Shown here one piece after another: positions 8,695 through 16,198 of a stretch of DNA of 64,000 nt; position 1 is the stretch's first letter; each line of letters starts with the position of its first letter. Where the stretch lies: positions 15,256 through 79,255 of the forward strand of contig JACWAF010000026.1 in NCBI GenBank assembly GCA_014874185.1, read 5' to 3'. A program made the position numbers and the translations under genes. Source of the DNA: Nitrospirota bacterium (lineage in GTDB: Bacteria > Nitrospirota > Thermodesulfovibrionia > Thermodesulfovibrionales > JdFR-88). A model generated the notes under the pieces. That model was not told the origin of the DNA, searched no databases, and was given only the letters and a program-made list of their open reading frames with translations.

Positions 8695-10059
8695 TCATTT
8701 CCCTATGCAGAACTGGCTGAAGATTTTCTCCAGGATGTCCTCGGTGCTCACGGAGCCCACGACCTCGCCAAGTGCGGCGAGGGCCTCCCGCAGGCCCAGG
8801 GAGACTATCTCAAGGGGCAGGTCCTCTTTGAATGCCGCCCCGGCCTCTTCCAGCCCGGTTATGGCCTTTTCCAGGGCCAGCTTGTGGCGCAGGTTGGCGA
8901 TGATGGTCCCTTCGCGGACCTCCCTGTCCGCGCCGAAAAAGCCCTCTTTTATCTTCTTTTTAAGCTCATCCAGGCCGGCGCCGGTCTTCGCGGATATCCG
9001 GAGGCAGCCGGCAAGCCCCTCGGATTCAGTCTCCCATGCGGGAGAAATATCTGATTTATTCACTGCCATGATATGTTTCTTATCTTTTAGCCTGGCAACG
9101 ATTTCCCGGTCCTCTTCGGCCAGCGGAGCGCTCCCGTCCAGAAGACAGATGACCAGGTCCGCTTCGCCGATCGCGCGAAGGCTTCTCTGCACACCTTCGC
9201 GCTCGGCCTCGTCCCGGCCCTCCCTGATCCCCGCCGTGTCCATGATGCGAAGCGCATGGCCGCCGATATTGATATACTCTGAGATGACGTCCCGGGTGGT
9301 CCCGGGGATGTCTGTCACTATGGCCCGCTCTTCCCCCAATAGCGCATTCAGCAGTGAGGACTTGCCCACGTTCGGCCTGCCAACGATCGCCGTCTTCAGC
9401 CCCTCGCGTATCAGCCGGCCCTCTTCGTAGGTCCTGACAAGAGAGAGGAGCCTTTCCCTGATTGCGGCCATGTCCGCCTGAAGCTCGTTGCGGGTCTTTG
9501 ACCCTATTTCCTCTTCAGGGAAATCGATCCATGCCTCGATATGGACGCAGAGGTTGGCGAGTGCGTCCAACTCGGCTTTGATCCTTTCAGACAAGCCGCC
9601 CTCAAGCTGCTGGAGGGCCATCTTCTCCGCCTCCTCGCTTTTGGCGTGGATGATATCAAGCACGGCCTCTGACTGCAAGAGGTCCAGCCTGCCGTTTAGA
9701 AAGGCCCTCTTCGTGAACTCGCCGGGGGCGGCAAGCCGCGCGCCCGCCCGCAAGACAAGCTCAAGCGTTCGTCTAAGCGGCAGGCTGCCGCCATGGCAGT
9801 TTATCTCTGCCATGTCCTCGCGTGTGTAGGTATTAGGAGCGCGCATGATGGAGAGCAGGCATTCGTCAACAGGTTCGCCCGTGAGCGGGTCGATCACATG
9901 CCCGTAAAGGATGCGGTGAGAGGGCGTTTTTAAAATGCCCTTCCCCTTTTTGGAGCGGAATGTCCTTTCGGCTATCGGCAAGGCCTGCGGGCCGCTGAGC
10001 CTTACAATTCCTATTCCCCCTTCGCCAAGCGGGGTGGAGATGGCGGCAATAGTATCCAT
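8695..10059 (-). CDS. mnmE: tRNA modification GTPase MnmE
   Basis: Contains 'MDTIAAISTPLGEGGIGIVRLSG', G1 'GRPNVGKSSL', G3 'DTAG' and the C-terminal 'CIGK' signature. I prefer the ATG at 10059 to the TTG at 10095. Confidence 0.9.
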   Translation of the reverse strand: MDTIAAISTPLGEGGIGIVRLSGPQALPIAERTFRSKKGKGILKTPSHRILYGHVIDPLTGEPVDECLLSIMRAPNTYTREDMAEINCHGGSLPLRRTLELVLRAGARLAAPGEFTKRAFLNGRLDLLQSEAVLDIIHAKSEEAEKMALQQLEGGLSERIKAELDALANLCVHIEAWIDFPEEEIGSKTRNELQADMAAIRERLLSLVRTYEEGRLIREGLKTAIVGRPNVGKSSLLNALLGEERAIVTDIPGTTRDVISEYINIGGHALRIMDTAGIREGRDEAEREGVQRSLRAIGEADLVICLLDGSAPLAEEDREIVARLKDKKHIMAVNKSDISPAWETESEGLAGCLRISAKTGAGLDELKKKIKEGFFGADREVREGTIIANLRHKLALEKAITGLEEAGAAFKEDLPLEIVSLGLREALAALGEVVGSVSTEDILEKIFSQFCIGK

Positions 10060-10155
10060 ATCTAAAATTAACCAATTGCGGGCCTGGCTGTCCAACTGAC
10101 CATTTAAGGCCCAATCTGATAATATATTCCAATCCGGATTCTAAAGGAGTTTTCT

Positions 10156-11268
10156 ATGCTTTTTGAATCTTTTATGTTCTCCGGCCTGGAGCTTAAAAAC
10201 AGGCTTGTCCGGTCGGCCACTTACGAGAAGAGGGCCGACGAGGACGGCTTTGTGACGGAGGGCCTGCTGGAGTTTTACGACGAGCTTGCCGCGGGTGGAG
10301 TGGGCCTCATCATTACGGGTTTTGCCATGGTGCATCCAAGCGGGCGCGCCGTCCCGAAGATGCTCTCGGTCCACAGCGAGAGGTATGTTGAAAGCCTGCG
10401 CCAGCTCACCCGCCGGGTGCATGAAAGGGGGGGGCTCATCGCCCTTCAGATAGCCCATGGTGGAAGGCAAAGTCCGCCGCTTCTTTTGGGAGGCGCGCCC
10501 CCGATGGCCCCCTCCGCCGTCATCGATACTTCCACAGGCGTGACCCCGCGCGAGATGACCGGCGAGGAAATATGGCAGATTATAGACGCCTTCGGTGACG
10601 CCGCCCGCCGGGCGCGCGACGCGGAGTTCGATGCGGTCCAGATACACGGGGCGCACGGATACCTTGTAAGCTCGTTTCTTTCGCCGCATACAAATACCAG
10701 GGACGATTACTGGGGCGGGGACGAGGAGCGCAGGTTCCATTTCCTGGAGGAGGTATACGAGTCTATAAGAGAAAACGCTGGGGACTCCTTCCCGGTGCTT
10801 ATAAAACTAAACGGAGACGACCTCCTGCCCGGCGGCCTGCACCCGGAGGATAGCCTGCGTATCGCCCTCAGGCTGCAGGCGCTTGGGATTGACGGCATCG
10901 AGATAAGCGGCGGGATGAGGGAATCTCCGATAAAGACGATAAGGCCGAAGATACTGAAACCCGCGGAGGAAGCCTATTTCAGAGAAACAGGAGGGCTTTT
11001 TAAAAAGCACCTCCAGGTGCCGGTCATCCTGACTGGCGGTATGCGGTCGAGGGCGGTAATGGAAGACGTGCTGAGAAAGAAAGAGGCCGACCTTATCGGC
11101 ATGAGCCGCCCGCTTATCAGGGAGCCCGGCCTGCCCGGCAAGATGCTTCAGACCGGAAAAGAGAAGGGGGACTGCATATCCTGCAACAGGTGCATGAACT
11201 TCCTGAGGATAGACAGGGTGAAATGCCTGGATCTCCTGGCCGGGGGAAAAGATAAAAAGGCGTCTTAG
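10156..11268 (+). CDS. NADH:flavin oxidoreductase, Old Yellow Enzyme family
   Basis: Contains 'FSGLELKNRLVRSATYE', 'IQIAHGGRQ' and 'VQIHGAHGYLVSSFLSPHTNTRDDYWGG'. Confidence 0.85.
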   Translation: MLFESFMFSGLELKNRLVRSATYEKRADEDGFVTEGLLEFYDELAAGGVGLIITGFAMVHPSGRAVPKMLSVHSERYVESLRQLTRRVHERGGLIALQIAHGGRQSPPLLLGGAPPMAPSAVIDTSTGVTPREMTGEEIWQIIDAFGDAARRARDAEFDAVQIHGAHGYLVSSFLSPHTNTRDDYWGGDEERRFHFLEEVYESIRENAGDSFPVLIKLNGDDLLPGGLHPEDSLRIALRLQALGIDGIEISGGMRESPIKTIRPKILKPAEEAYFRETGGLFKKHLQVPVILTGGMRSRAVMEDVLRKKEADLIGMSRPLIREPGLPGKMLQTGKEKGDCISCNRCMNFLRIDRVKCLDLLAGGKDKKAS

Positions 11269-11308
11269 CCAGAATTTTCTCTTCGACCCCTCAATCCTGA
11301 AAAGAATC

Positions 11309-12013
11309 GTGGCCGCCTCCGGGGTGGGCCCCGAGGACACGGCGGTGGAGATAGGTCCCGGCTTGGGCACGCTCACAAAACTGCTTCTTGAGAAGGCCGG
11401 GAAAGTGACGGCCATAGAGGTTGACCGGGCCCTCTTCACCCGCCTTGAGGGCGGACTGGGGCAGGAGCCAAAACTGGAACTGGTGAATGCCGACGCCCTG
11501 AAGTTCGACTACTCCGCGCTGGGGCCGTTCAAGTGCGTGGCCAACATCCCGTATCACATCACGACGCCTTTAATATTCAAACTGCTGGATTCGGGGAAAC
11601 TCCTCTCCATGACGCTTACCATTCAGAAAGAGGTGGCGGAGCGAATCGCCGCGAAACCCGGCACGAAGGACTACGGCGTGCTCTCCCTGATGGTGCAGTA
11701 TAAAGGAAAGCCTGAGTACAAATTCACCATACCGGCTGGGGCCTTCCGGCCCGTGCCGAAGGTGGACTCGGCCTGCATAAGGGTGGATATCTACCAGGGC
11801 CCGCCCGTCCATGTGGACGATGAGGAGCTTTTCAGGAAGGTGATAAAGTCCGCCTTCTCGCAGAGGAGGAAGACGATCCTGAACGGGATAAAGCAGGTTG
11901 CCAAAGACCCGTTAAAGGCGCTTCAGACGGCCGGGATTGATGAGAAAAGGCGGCCTGAGACCCTGTCTCTGGAGGATTTCGCCCGCCTGGCAAACGCCAT
12001 AAAAAAGCTTTAA
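11309..12013 (+). CDS. rsmA: 16S rRNA (adenine1518/1519-N6)-dimethyltransferase RsmA/KsgA
   Basis: Contains 'EIGPGLGTLT' (SAM motif) and 'NIPYHITTP'. 11309 is the first GTG, but the conserved N-terminal 'RRLSQNFLFDPSILKRIV' is encoded in the same frame upstream (about 11258-11308), where there is no ATG/GTG/TTG. See the finding on this gene. Confidence 0.85.
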   Translation: MAASGVGPEDTAVEIGPGLGTLTKLLLEKAGKVTAIEVDRALFTRLEGGLGQEPKLELVNADALKFDYSALGPFKCVANIPYHITTPLIFKLLDSGKLLSMTLTIQKEVAERIAAKPGTKDYGVLSLMVQYKGKPEYKFTIPAGAFRPVPKVDSACIRVDIYQGPPVHVDDEELFRKVIKSAFSQRRKTILNGIKQVAKDPLKALQTAGIDEKRRPETLSLEDFARLANAIKKL

Positions 12014-12080
12014 TCTAATCCCACGGGATTAGGGATTCAGCGCAAACTATAAGATATTATCAAGACATGTAAAGAACAAT

Positions 12081-12266
12081 ATGAAACTCTACGGGATTGA
12101 TGAGGATGATATTTCGGTTGCCATAGGGAAACCCGATTTCACCGGAGAAGAGGGGGCGAAAACAACAGCCGTCAAGAAATTTGCCGGAAGGTTTTCGGGA
12201 TACCCTCTGAAGGTGGTCTATGAAGAAAGCGGGAGAGGCGTATTCGTGATTCGGCGTATCCCTTGA
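12081..12266 (+). CDS. DUF4258-like putative toxin (N-terminus possibly truncated or non-canonically initiated)
   Basis: 'MKLYGIDEDDI...GYPLKVVYEESGRGVFVIRRIP' matches the DUF4258 pattern. The family's 'SxH..xxM' motif (KILSRHVKNN) lies in frame upstream of the first ATG. Confidence 0.55.
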   Translation: MKLYGIDEDDISVAIGKPDFTGEEGAKTTAVKKFAGRFSGYPLKVVYEESGRGVFVIRRIP

Positions 12267-12290
12267 AAAAGAAGCTCTGGAGGTGAAGCC

Positions 12291-12497
12291 ATGAAGGTGA
12301 AATATGATAAAGAAGCTGATGCCGCATATATACAACTATCGTCGAAAAAACCCGAAGGGGGGATAGAGATGGCGGAGGGCGTCATCCTCCATACCACATC
12401 GAAGAACGAGATAGTGAGCATAGAGATCCTGAATGCGAGCAAGAAATTTCCGGTGAGAAATCTTTACAAGCTCGAATTGAGCACGGTCAATCATTAA
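12291..12497 (+). CDS. DUF2283 domain protein (putative antitoxin partner)
   Basis: 'MKVKYDKEADAAYIQLS...' is the typical DUF2283 N-terminus. The gene starts 25 nt downstream of the DUF4258-like gene. Confidence 0.65.
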   Translation: MKVKYDKEADAAYIQLSSKKPEGGIEMAEGVILHTTSKNEIVSIEILNASKKFPVRNLYKLELSTVNH

Positions 12498-12598
12498 ACA
12501 GTGTTGGCTTGCGACGGGCCTGAAACGAGGCCGGGGAAAAGCGCCAGCCAGAGCTTTGATTTGCAAAAAGTGCAGGGCAAAACAGCATTAGCAATCCT

Positions 12599-14146
12599 TC
12601 AGGAGATTACCGAGGAGTCCCTCTTCAGCTCGTCCAGGTTTATCCCGTACTTCTTTATCCTGTAGGCAAGCATGCGGGGGGTGATGCCCAGGGTTGCCGC
12701 GGCGCGGTGCTGAACCATGTTGTTCTCCTTGAGGGCCTTTATGATCCTTATCCGCTCAAGGTTCTCCACTTCGAGGCTTAGCGAGGAGTCATCAATGGGC
12801 GCCGTGTAAGCCGTTTGTGCACGCGAGAGGAAATTGTAAGGGAGGTCTTCCTTGTCCAGGAGGTCCTTTTCGGTCATTATCACGAGCCGTTCCACCGTGT
12901 TTGCAAGCTCCCTCACGTTGCCCGGCCAGGAATAGCTTATGAATTCCTGCATGGCCTCCGGCGTGAAATTCACCTGTTTGCTGTAAGCCTTGTTGAACTT
13001 GTTCACATAAAAATTGAGCAGGAGCGGGATGTCCTTCTTTCTGTCCCTCAATGCGGGCAGCACAATGGAGACCACGTTCAGACGCCAGTAGAGGTCGTTC
13101 CTGAAAGCCCCCCTCGCAACCTCTTCCTGTATCTTCCTGTTTGTGGCCGCGATTATGCGCACGTCGGACTTGATGGACTTTGAGGAGCCCACGCGCTCAA
13201 AGGTCTTGCCCTCCAGCACCCGCAATAACTTGGCCTGAAGGGCCAGGGGAAGCTCGCCTATCTCGTCCAGGAATATCGTGCCCCCGTCTGCCAGCTCGAA
13301 CCGCCCGATGCGGCGCTCCGTGGCCCCGGTGAAGGCACCCCTTTCGGAGCCGAACAGCTCGACTTCAAGCAGGTTCTCCGGCAGGGCCGCGCAGTTTATG
13401 GCGATATAGGGCCCCTTCGCCCTGGGGCTCTGGTAATGGATGGTCTTCGCTATAAGCTCCTTGCCGGTGCCGGATTCCCCCAGAAGCAGCACGGTCGTGT
13501 CCGTGCCTGCCACCTTCATCACGAACTTCAGGACGCTCTGGAACCTCTCGGACTCGCCTATCACGTTGGGGAGGCTGTAGTGCTGCTGAAGCTGGCGCTC
13601 GAGGCTCTGCCTCTGCTCCTCGGACTTGCGGTAATTCTCCCAGAGCTTCACGAACTGGGCTATCAGGGATGAGACTATCTGCAGCACCCGCAAGTCATCA
13701 TCAACGCCCCCCGCCTGGGCGGAGTAGATGCGGTCGGCGGTTATAACCCCCAGGATCTCATCTTTCAGCTCTATGGGGACGCAGAGGAAGGAGATGCCGT
13801 TTTTGTCCGGGCGGGAGCCGGTCTTGTTCAGGAACATCGGCTCCTCACCTATGTTGGGGATGAACATGGGCTGGCCGTTCCCGATAACTCGCCCCACTAT
13901 GCCCTCGCCGATCCTGTACTTGCCCCTTTTTATCTCTTCCCTGGTAAGGCCGTGGGCGGCCACAATCCGCAGCTCGCGCGAGACCGGGTCCAGCAGAAAG
14001 ACGCACCCCCGTTGCATCTCCAGGAGCCTGCTCAGGGCCTGCATCGCCGCCGTAAGGTTCTCCTCCAGGTCAAAAGAGGCGGTGAGCACCCGGCTTACTT
14101 CAAGGATTGCGGAGAGTTCGCGGTTTTTTCTCTCAAGGGATTCCAT
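12599..14146 (-). CDS. sigma-54-dependent transcriptional activator with N-terminal GAF domain (FhlA/HyfR/NifA-like architecture)
   Basis: The N-terminal ~170 aa are GAF-like. The AAA+ core has 'GESGTGKE' and '[13 protein letters not shown]' (GAFTGA loop). The C-terminal Fis-type HTH is '[21 protein letters not shown]'. Confidence 0.9.
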   Translation of the reverse strand: MESLERKNRELSAILEVSRVLTASFDLEENLTAAMQALSRLLEMQRGCVFLLDPVSRELRIVAAHGLTREEIKRGKYRIGEGIVGRVIGNGQPMFIPNIGEEPMFLNKTGSRPDKNGISFLCVPIELKDEILGVITADRIYSAQAGGVDDDLRVLQIVSSLIAQFVKLWENYRKSEEQRQSLERQLQQHYSLPNVIGESERFQSVLKFVMKVAGTDTTVLLLGESGTGKELIAKTIHYQSPRAKGPYIAINCAALPENLLEVELFGSERGAFTGATERRIGRFELADGGTIFLDEIGELPLALQAKLLRVLEGKTFERVGSSKSIKSDVRIIAATNRKIQEEVARGAFRNDLYWRLNVVSIVLPALRDRKKDIPLLLNFYVNKFNKAYSKQVNFTPEAMQEFISYSWPGNVRELANTVERLVIMTEKDLLDKEDLPYNFLSRAQTAYTAPIDDSSLSLEVENLERIRIIKALKENNMVQHRAAATLGITPRMLAYRIKKYGINLDELKRDSSVIS

Positions 14147-14183
14147 CTAGTCTCCGGGCCGTCCGGCCCAATTGGAATATCTG

Positions 14184-14201
14184 TCGGCAATCAATTGCCG
14201 A
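14184..14201. promoter_or_regulatory. 18-bp palindrome TCGGCAAT-CA-ATTGCCGA upstream of the GAF activator gene (candidate operator)
   Basis: Perfect 8-bp arms, 38-55 nt upstream of the start at 14146. The core GGCAA-N4-TTGCC is related to the palindrome at 14693-14719. Confidence 0.35.
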
Positions 14202-14343
14202 TAGTTTATTAAATCACACGGTTCCGCAAAAAAACAAGGCGGATGGCGTGCAAGGGCCGGTTAATTTTAAAAAGCAAAAAGAAAGGTCATGTTCTTTTTC
14301 TTGTAAGGGAAAGAACAAAAAGAACTTTTGTCTTTCAGGAATT

Positions 14344-14374
14344 GGAAAAAATGAAGGGGAGCTTTTGGCTCCCC
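14344..14374 (-). terminator. intrinsic terminator of the small lipoprotein gene
   Basis: The minus strand reads GGGGAGC-CAAAA-GCTCCCC followed by TTCATTTTTT, starting 45 nt after the stop codon. Confidence 0.65.
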
Positions 14375-14418
14375 GGAGTTGGTTCTAAAAAACAAGTCTA
14401 GAAAAGCGAAAAAAAAGC

Positions 14419-14583
14419 TTATTGCGCGGGCGCGTTGGTATCAGGCGCGTTGGCCGCAGGCGCGTTGGTCGTAGCCGGAGCCGTCGTCTCGGTCGGAGGC
14501 GGAGTCTGCTCTTTGGGCTTGCAGGCCGCTATTGAGAGTACCAGCATTGCGCTCAGTGCCACGGAAACGATGAGATATTTCAT
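14419..14583 (-). CDS. 54-aa lipoprotein, Pro/Thr/Ala/Asn-rich (below the 60-aa ORF-track cutoff)
   Basis: Hand translation gives MKYLIVSVALSAMLVLSIAACKPKEQTPPPTETTAPATTNAPAANAPDTNAPAQ*. It has a signal peptide with lipobox IAAC and an SD 'GGGGGG' 6-11 nt upstream. It has its own promoter and terminator. The 3' part is three 15-nt tandem repeats (xxNAP pentapeptides). Confidence 0.65.
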   Translation of the reverse strand: MKYLIVSVALSAMLVLSIAACKPKEQTPPPTETTAPATTNAPAANAPDTNAPAQ

Positions 14584-14630
14584 TTGTTTTCCCCCCTTTC
14601 TTGTTTTGATTTTACTAGTTCCCTTCTTTT

Positions 14631-14646
14631 TACAATAATCGTGCCA
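14631..14646 (-). promoter_or_regulatory. sigma-54 (-24/-12) promoter for the small lipoprotein gene
   Basis: The minus strand reads TGGCACG-ATTA-TTGTA against the consensus TGGCACG-N4-TTGCW (15/16; the -12 element is GT instead of GC). It lies about 48 nt upstream of the ATG at 14583. Confidence 0.5.
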
Positions 14647-14692
14647 TTATAGAATATTTTTAAAAATCCTTCAATAACAAATATTTCCCCCT

Positions 14693-14719
14693 CCGGGCAG
14701 GCAAAAATTGCCTTTCCGG
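14693..14719. promoter_or_regulatory. 27-bp symmetric element CCGG-gc-AGGCAA-AAA-TTGCCT-tt-CCGG (candidate enhancer/operator)
   Basis: It lies in the divergent spacer, about 50 bp upstream of the sigma-54 -24 element and about 100 bp upstream of the activator gene start at 14816. Confidence 0.4.
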
Positions 14720-14815
14720 TGCCCGTGCGATTATCATAAACGCGTCAAAACGACATATCATCGCGCTTAAAAGGCGGGGGGACATGCCATTTTGGCGCAA
14801 TTCTTTTCAGGAGGA

Positions 14816-16177
14816 ATGCCTTTGACCGCGGAACTGAACACGCTGATCGTTGCTGGCGGGGAATGGAAGAGGGAGTGGGAGAGGATCAGGCTGTACCTGA
14901 AGAGGAAGGGCATCAGGGTCTATTCCGTCCCCGGCCCGAAAGAGGCCCAGCGCCTCCTCAGGACCGAGCACATGAACATAGTGCTTTCGGAGTTCGACCT
15001 TAACGGGCAGGGCAGTCTCGCCTTCCTCCGGAGGCTGAAGGCCGTAAACCCCCAGGTGGAAGTGATATTCCTTTCGGGCAAGGTGCCCCTGTCGAAGGCC
15101 ATAGAGGCGATGAAGACCGGCGCGTACGACTTCTACGAATTCCCGGTGAACCCCAGGTTCCTGCTTGCGGTCATGGAGAAGGCCATTGAAAAGCAGGCCC
15201 TTTTCGTCGAGAAGGTGGAGCTTGAGCGCAAGGTGAAGGAGAGGTTCAATTTCGGCAAGATCATAGGCCGCAGCAAGGCCATGCAGCACGTTATAGAGAT
15301 AGTGGGCTCCGTGGCCCCCAAGAACGTCAACATCCTCCTCTCAGGCGAGACCGGCACGGGCAAGGAGATGATCGCAAACGCCATACACTATAACAGCGCC
15401 CGCGCATCGAGGCCGTTCGTAAAGGTGAACTGCGCGGCCTTCAACGAGGGGGTGCTGGAAAGCGAGCTCTTCGGGCATGAAAAAGGCGCCTTCACCGGCG
15501 CGATCTCGAAGAGGGTGGGCAGGTTCGAGCTTTCAAACGGGGGGACCATCTTCCTTGACGAGATAGGCGACGTCTCGCCGGGGACCCAGGTGAAGCTCCT
15601 GCGCGTCCTGCAGGAGAAGGAGTTCGAGCGCGTGGGCGGCAACGAGACCATAAAGGTGGACGTCCGGGTGATAGCGGCCACCAACCACGACCTCAAAAAG
15701 CTGATAGACCAGGGCAGGTTCCGCGACGACCTCTACTACAGGCTGAACGTTGTGCGCATAGAGCTGCCGCCGCTTCGCGAGCGCAGGGAGGACATCCCGC
15801 TCCTGGTCAGCTCCTTCATCAACAAGCTTAACGAGGAGAAGGCCTACGGCATAAAGGGCATCACCAAGGAGGCCATGCAGGTGCTCTTCTCCTACAGGTG
15901 GCCCGGGAACGTCCGCGAGCTTGAAAACGCCCTTGAGAGCGCGATGGCCCTTGCGGAAGCCGGCATGATTGAGGCAAAATACCTGCCGTCTTTTCTCCTC
16001 ATGCCGCAAACACAGGATGGTGAGCGCCTGAGCATACCGCGGGGCCTCACCCTCTATGAGATGGAAAAGGAGATCATCCGCCAGGCCCTGGAGAGGACCG
16101 GCGGCAATAAATCGCAGGCATCAAAATTGCTAGGTATCGGATTGCGCACATTGCAGAGAAAGGTAAAAGAACTTTAG
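14816..16177 (+). CDS. sigma-54-dependent NtrC-family activator with degenerate (non-phosphorylatable) receiver domain
   Basis: It has a receiver-like N-terminus and an AAA+ core with 'GETGTGKE' and 'ELFGHEKGAFTGA'. The HTH is 'QASKLLGIGLRTLQRKVKEL'. I prefer the ATG at 14816, which has an AGGAGG SD, to the TTG at 14792. Confidence 0.9.
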   Translation: MPLTAELNTLIVAGGEWKREWERIRLYLKRKGIRVYSVPGPKEAQRLLRTEHMNIVLSEFDLNGQGSLAFLRRLKAVNPQVEVIFLSGKVPLSKAIEAMKTGAYDFYEFPVNPRFLLAVMEKAIEKQALFVEKVELERKVKERFNFGKIIGRSKAMQHVIEIVGSVAPKNVNILLSGETGTGKEMIANAIHYNSARASRPFVKVNCAAFNEGVLESELFGHEKGAFTGAISKRVGRFELSNGGTIFLDEIGDVSPGTQVKLLRVLQEKEFERVGGNETIKVDVRVIAATNHDLKKLIDQGRFRDDLYYRLNVVRIELPPLRERREDIPLLVSSFINKLNEEKAYGIKGITKEAMQVLFSYRWPGNVRELENALESAMALAEAGMIEAKYLPSFLLMPQTQDGERLSIPRGLTLYEMEKEIIRQALERTGGNKSQASKLLGIGLRTLQRKVKEL

Positions 16178-16198
16178 ACAGGGTTTGAAGGGGAGGTC

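Noticed and set aside
14170-14201. Reading the palindrome TCGGCAATCAATTGCCGA as a sigma-54 promoter (GG...TTGC) for the GAF activator gene
   Set aside because: The GG-to-GC spacing is one nucleotide short of the -24/-12 geometry on either strand. I treat it as a candidate operator instead.
14435-14638. Plus-strand 67-aa ORF (MVSGALAAGALVVAG...)
   Set aside because: It is an Ala/Gly/Val-rich shadow of the minus-strand lipoprotein gene. The minus-strand gene has an SD, a lipobox signal peptide, a sigma-54 promoter and a terminator.
14792-14807. Sigma-54-like sequence TGGCGCAATTCTTTT on the plus strand upstream of the NtrC-type activator gene
   Set aside because: It has no GC at the -12 position and ends only 9 nt before the preferred ATG at 14816. 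A systematic GG-N10-GC check of 14640-14815 on the plus strand found no acceptable site.
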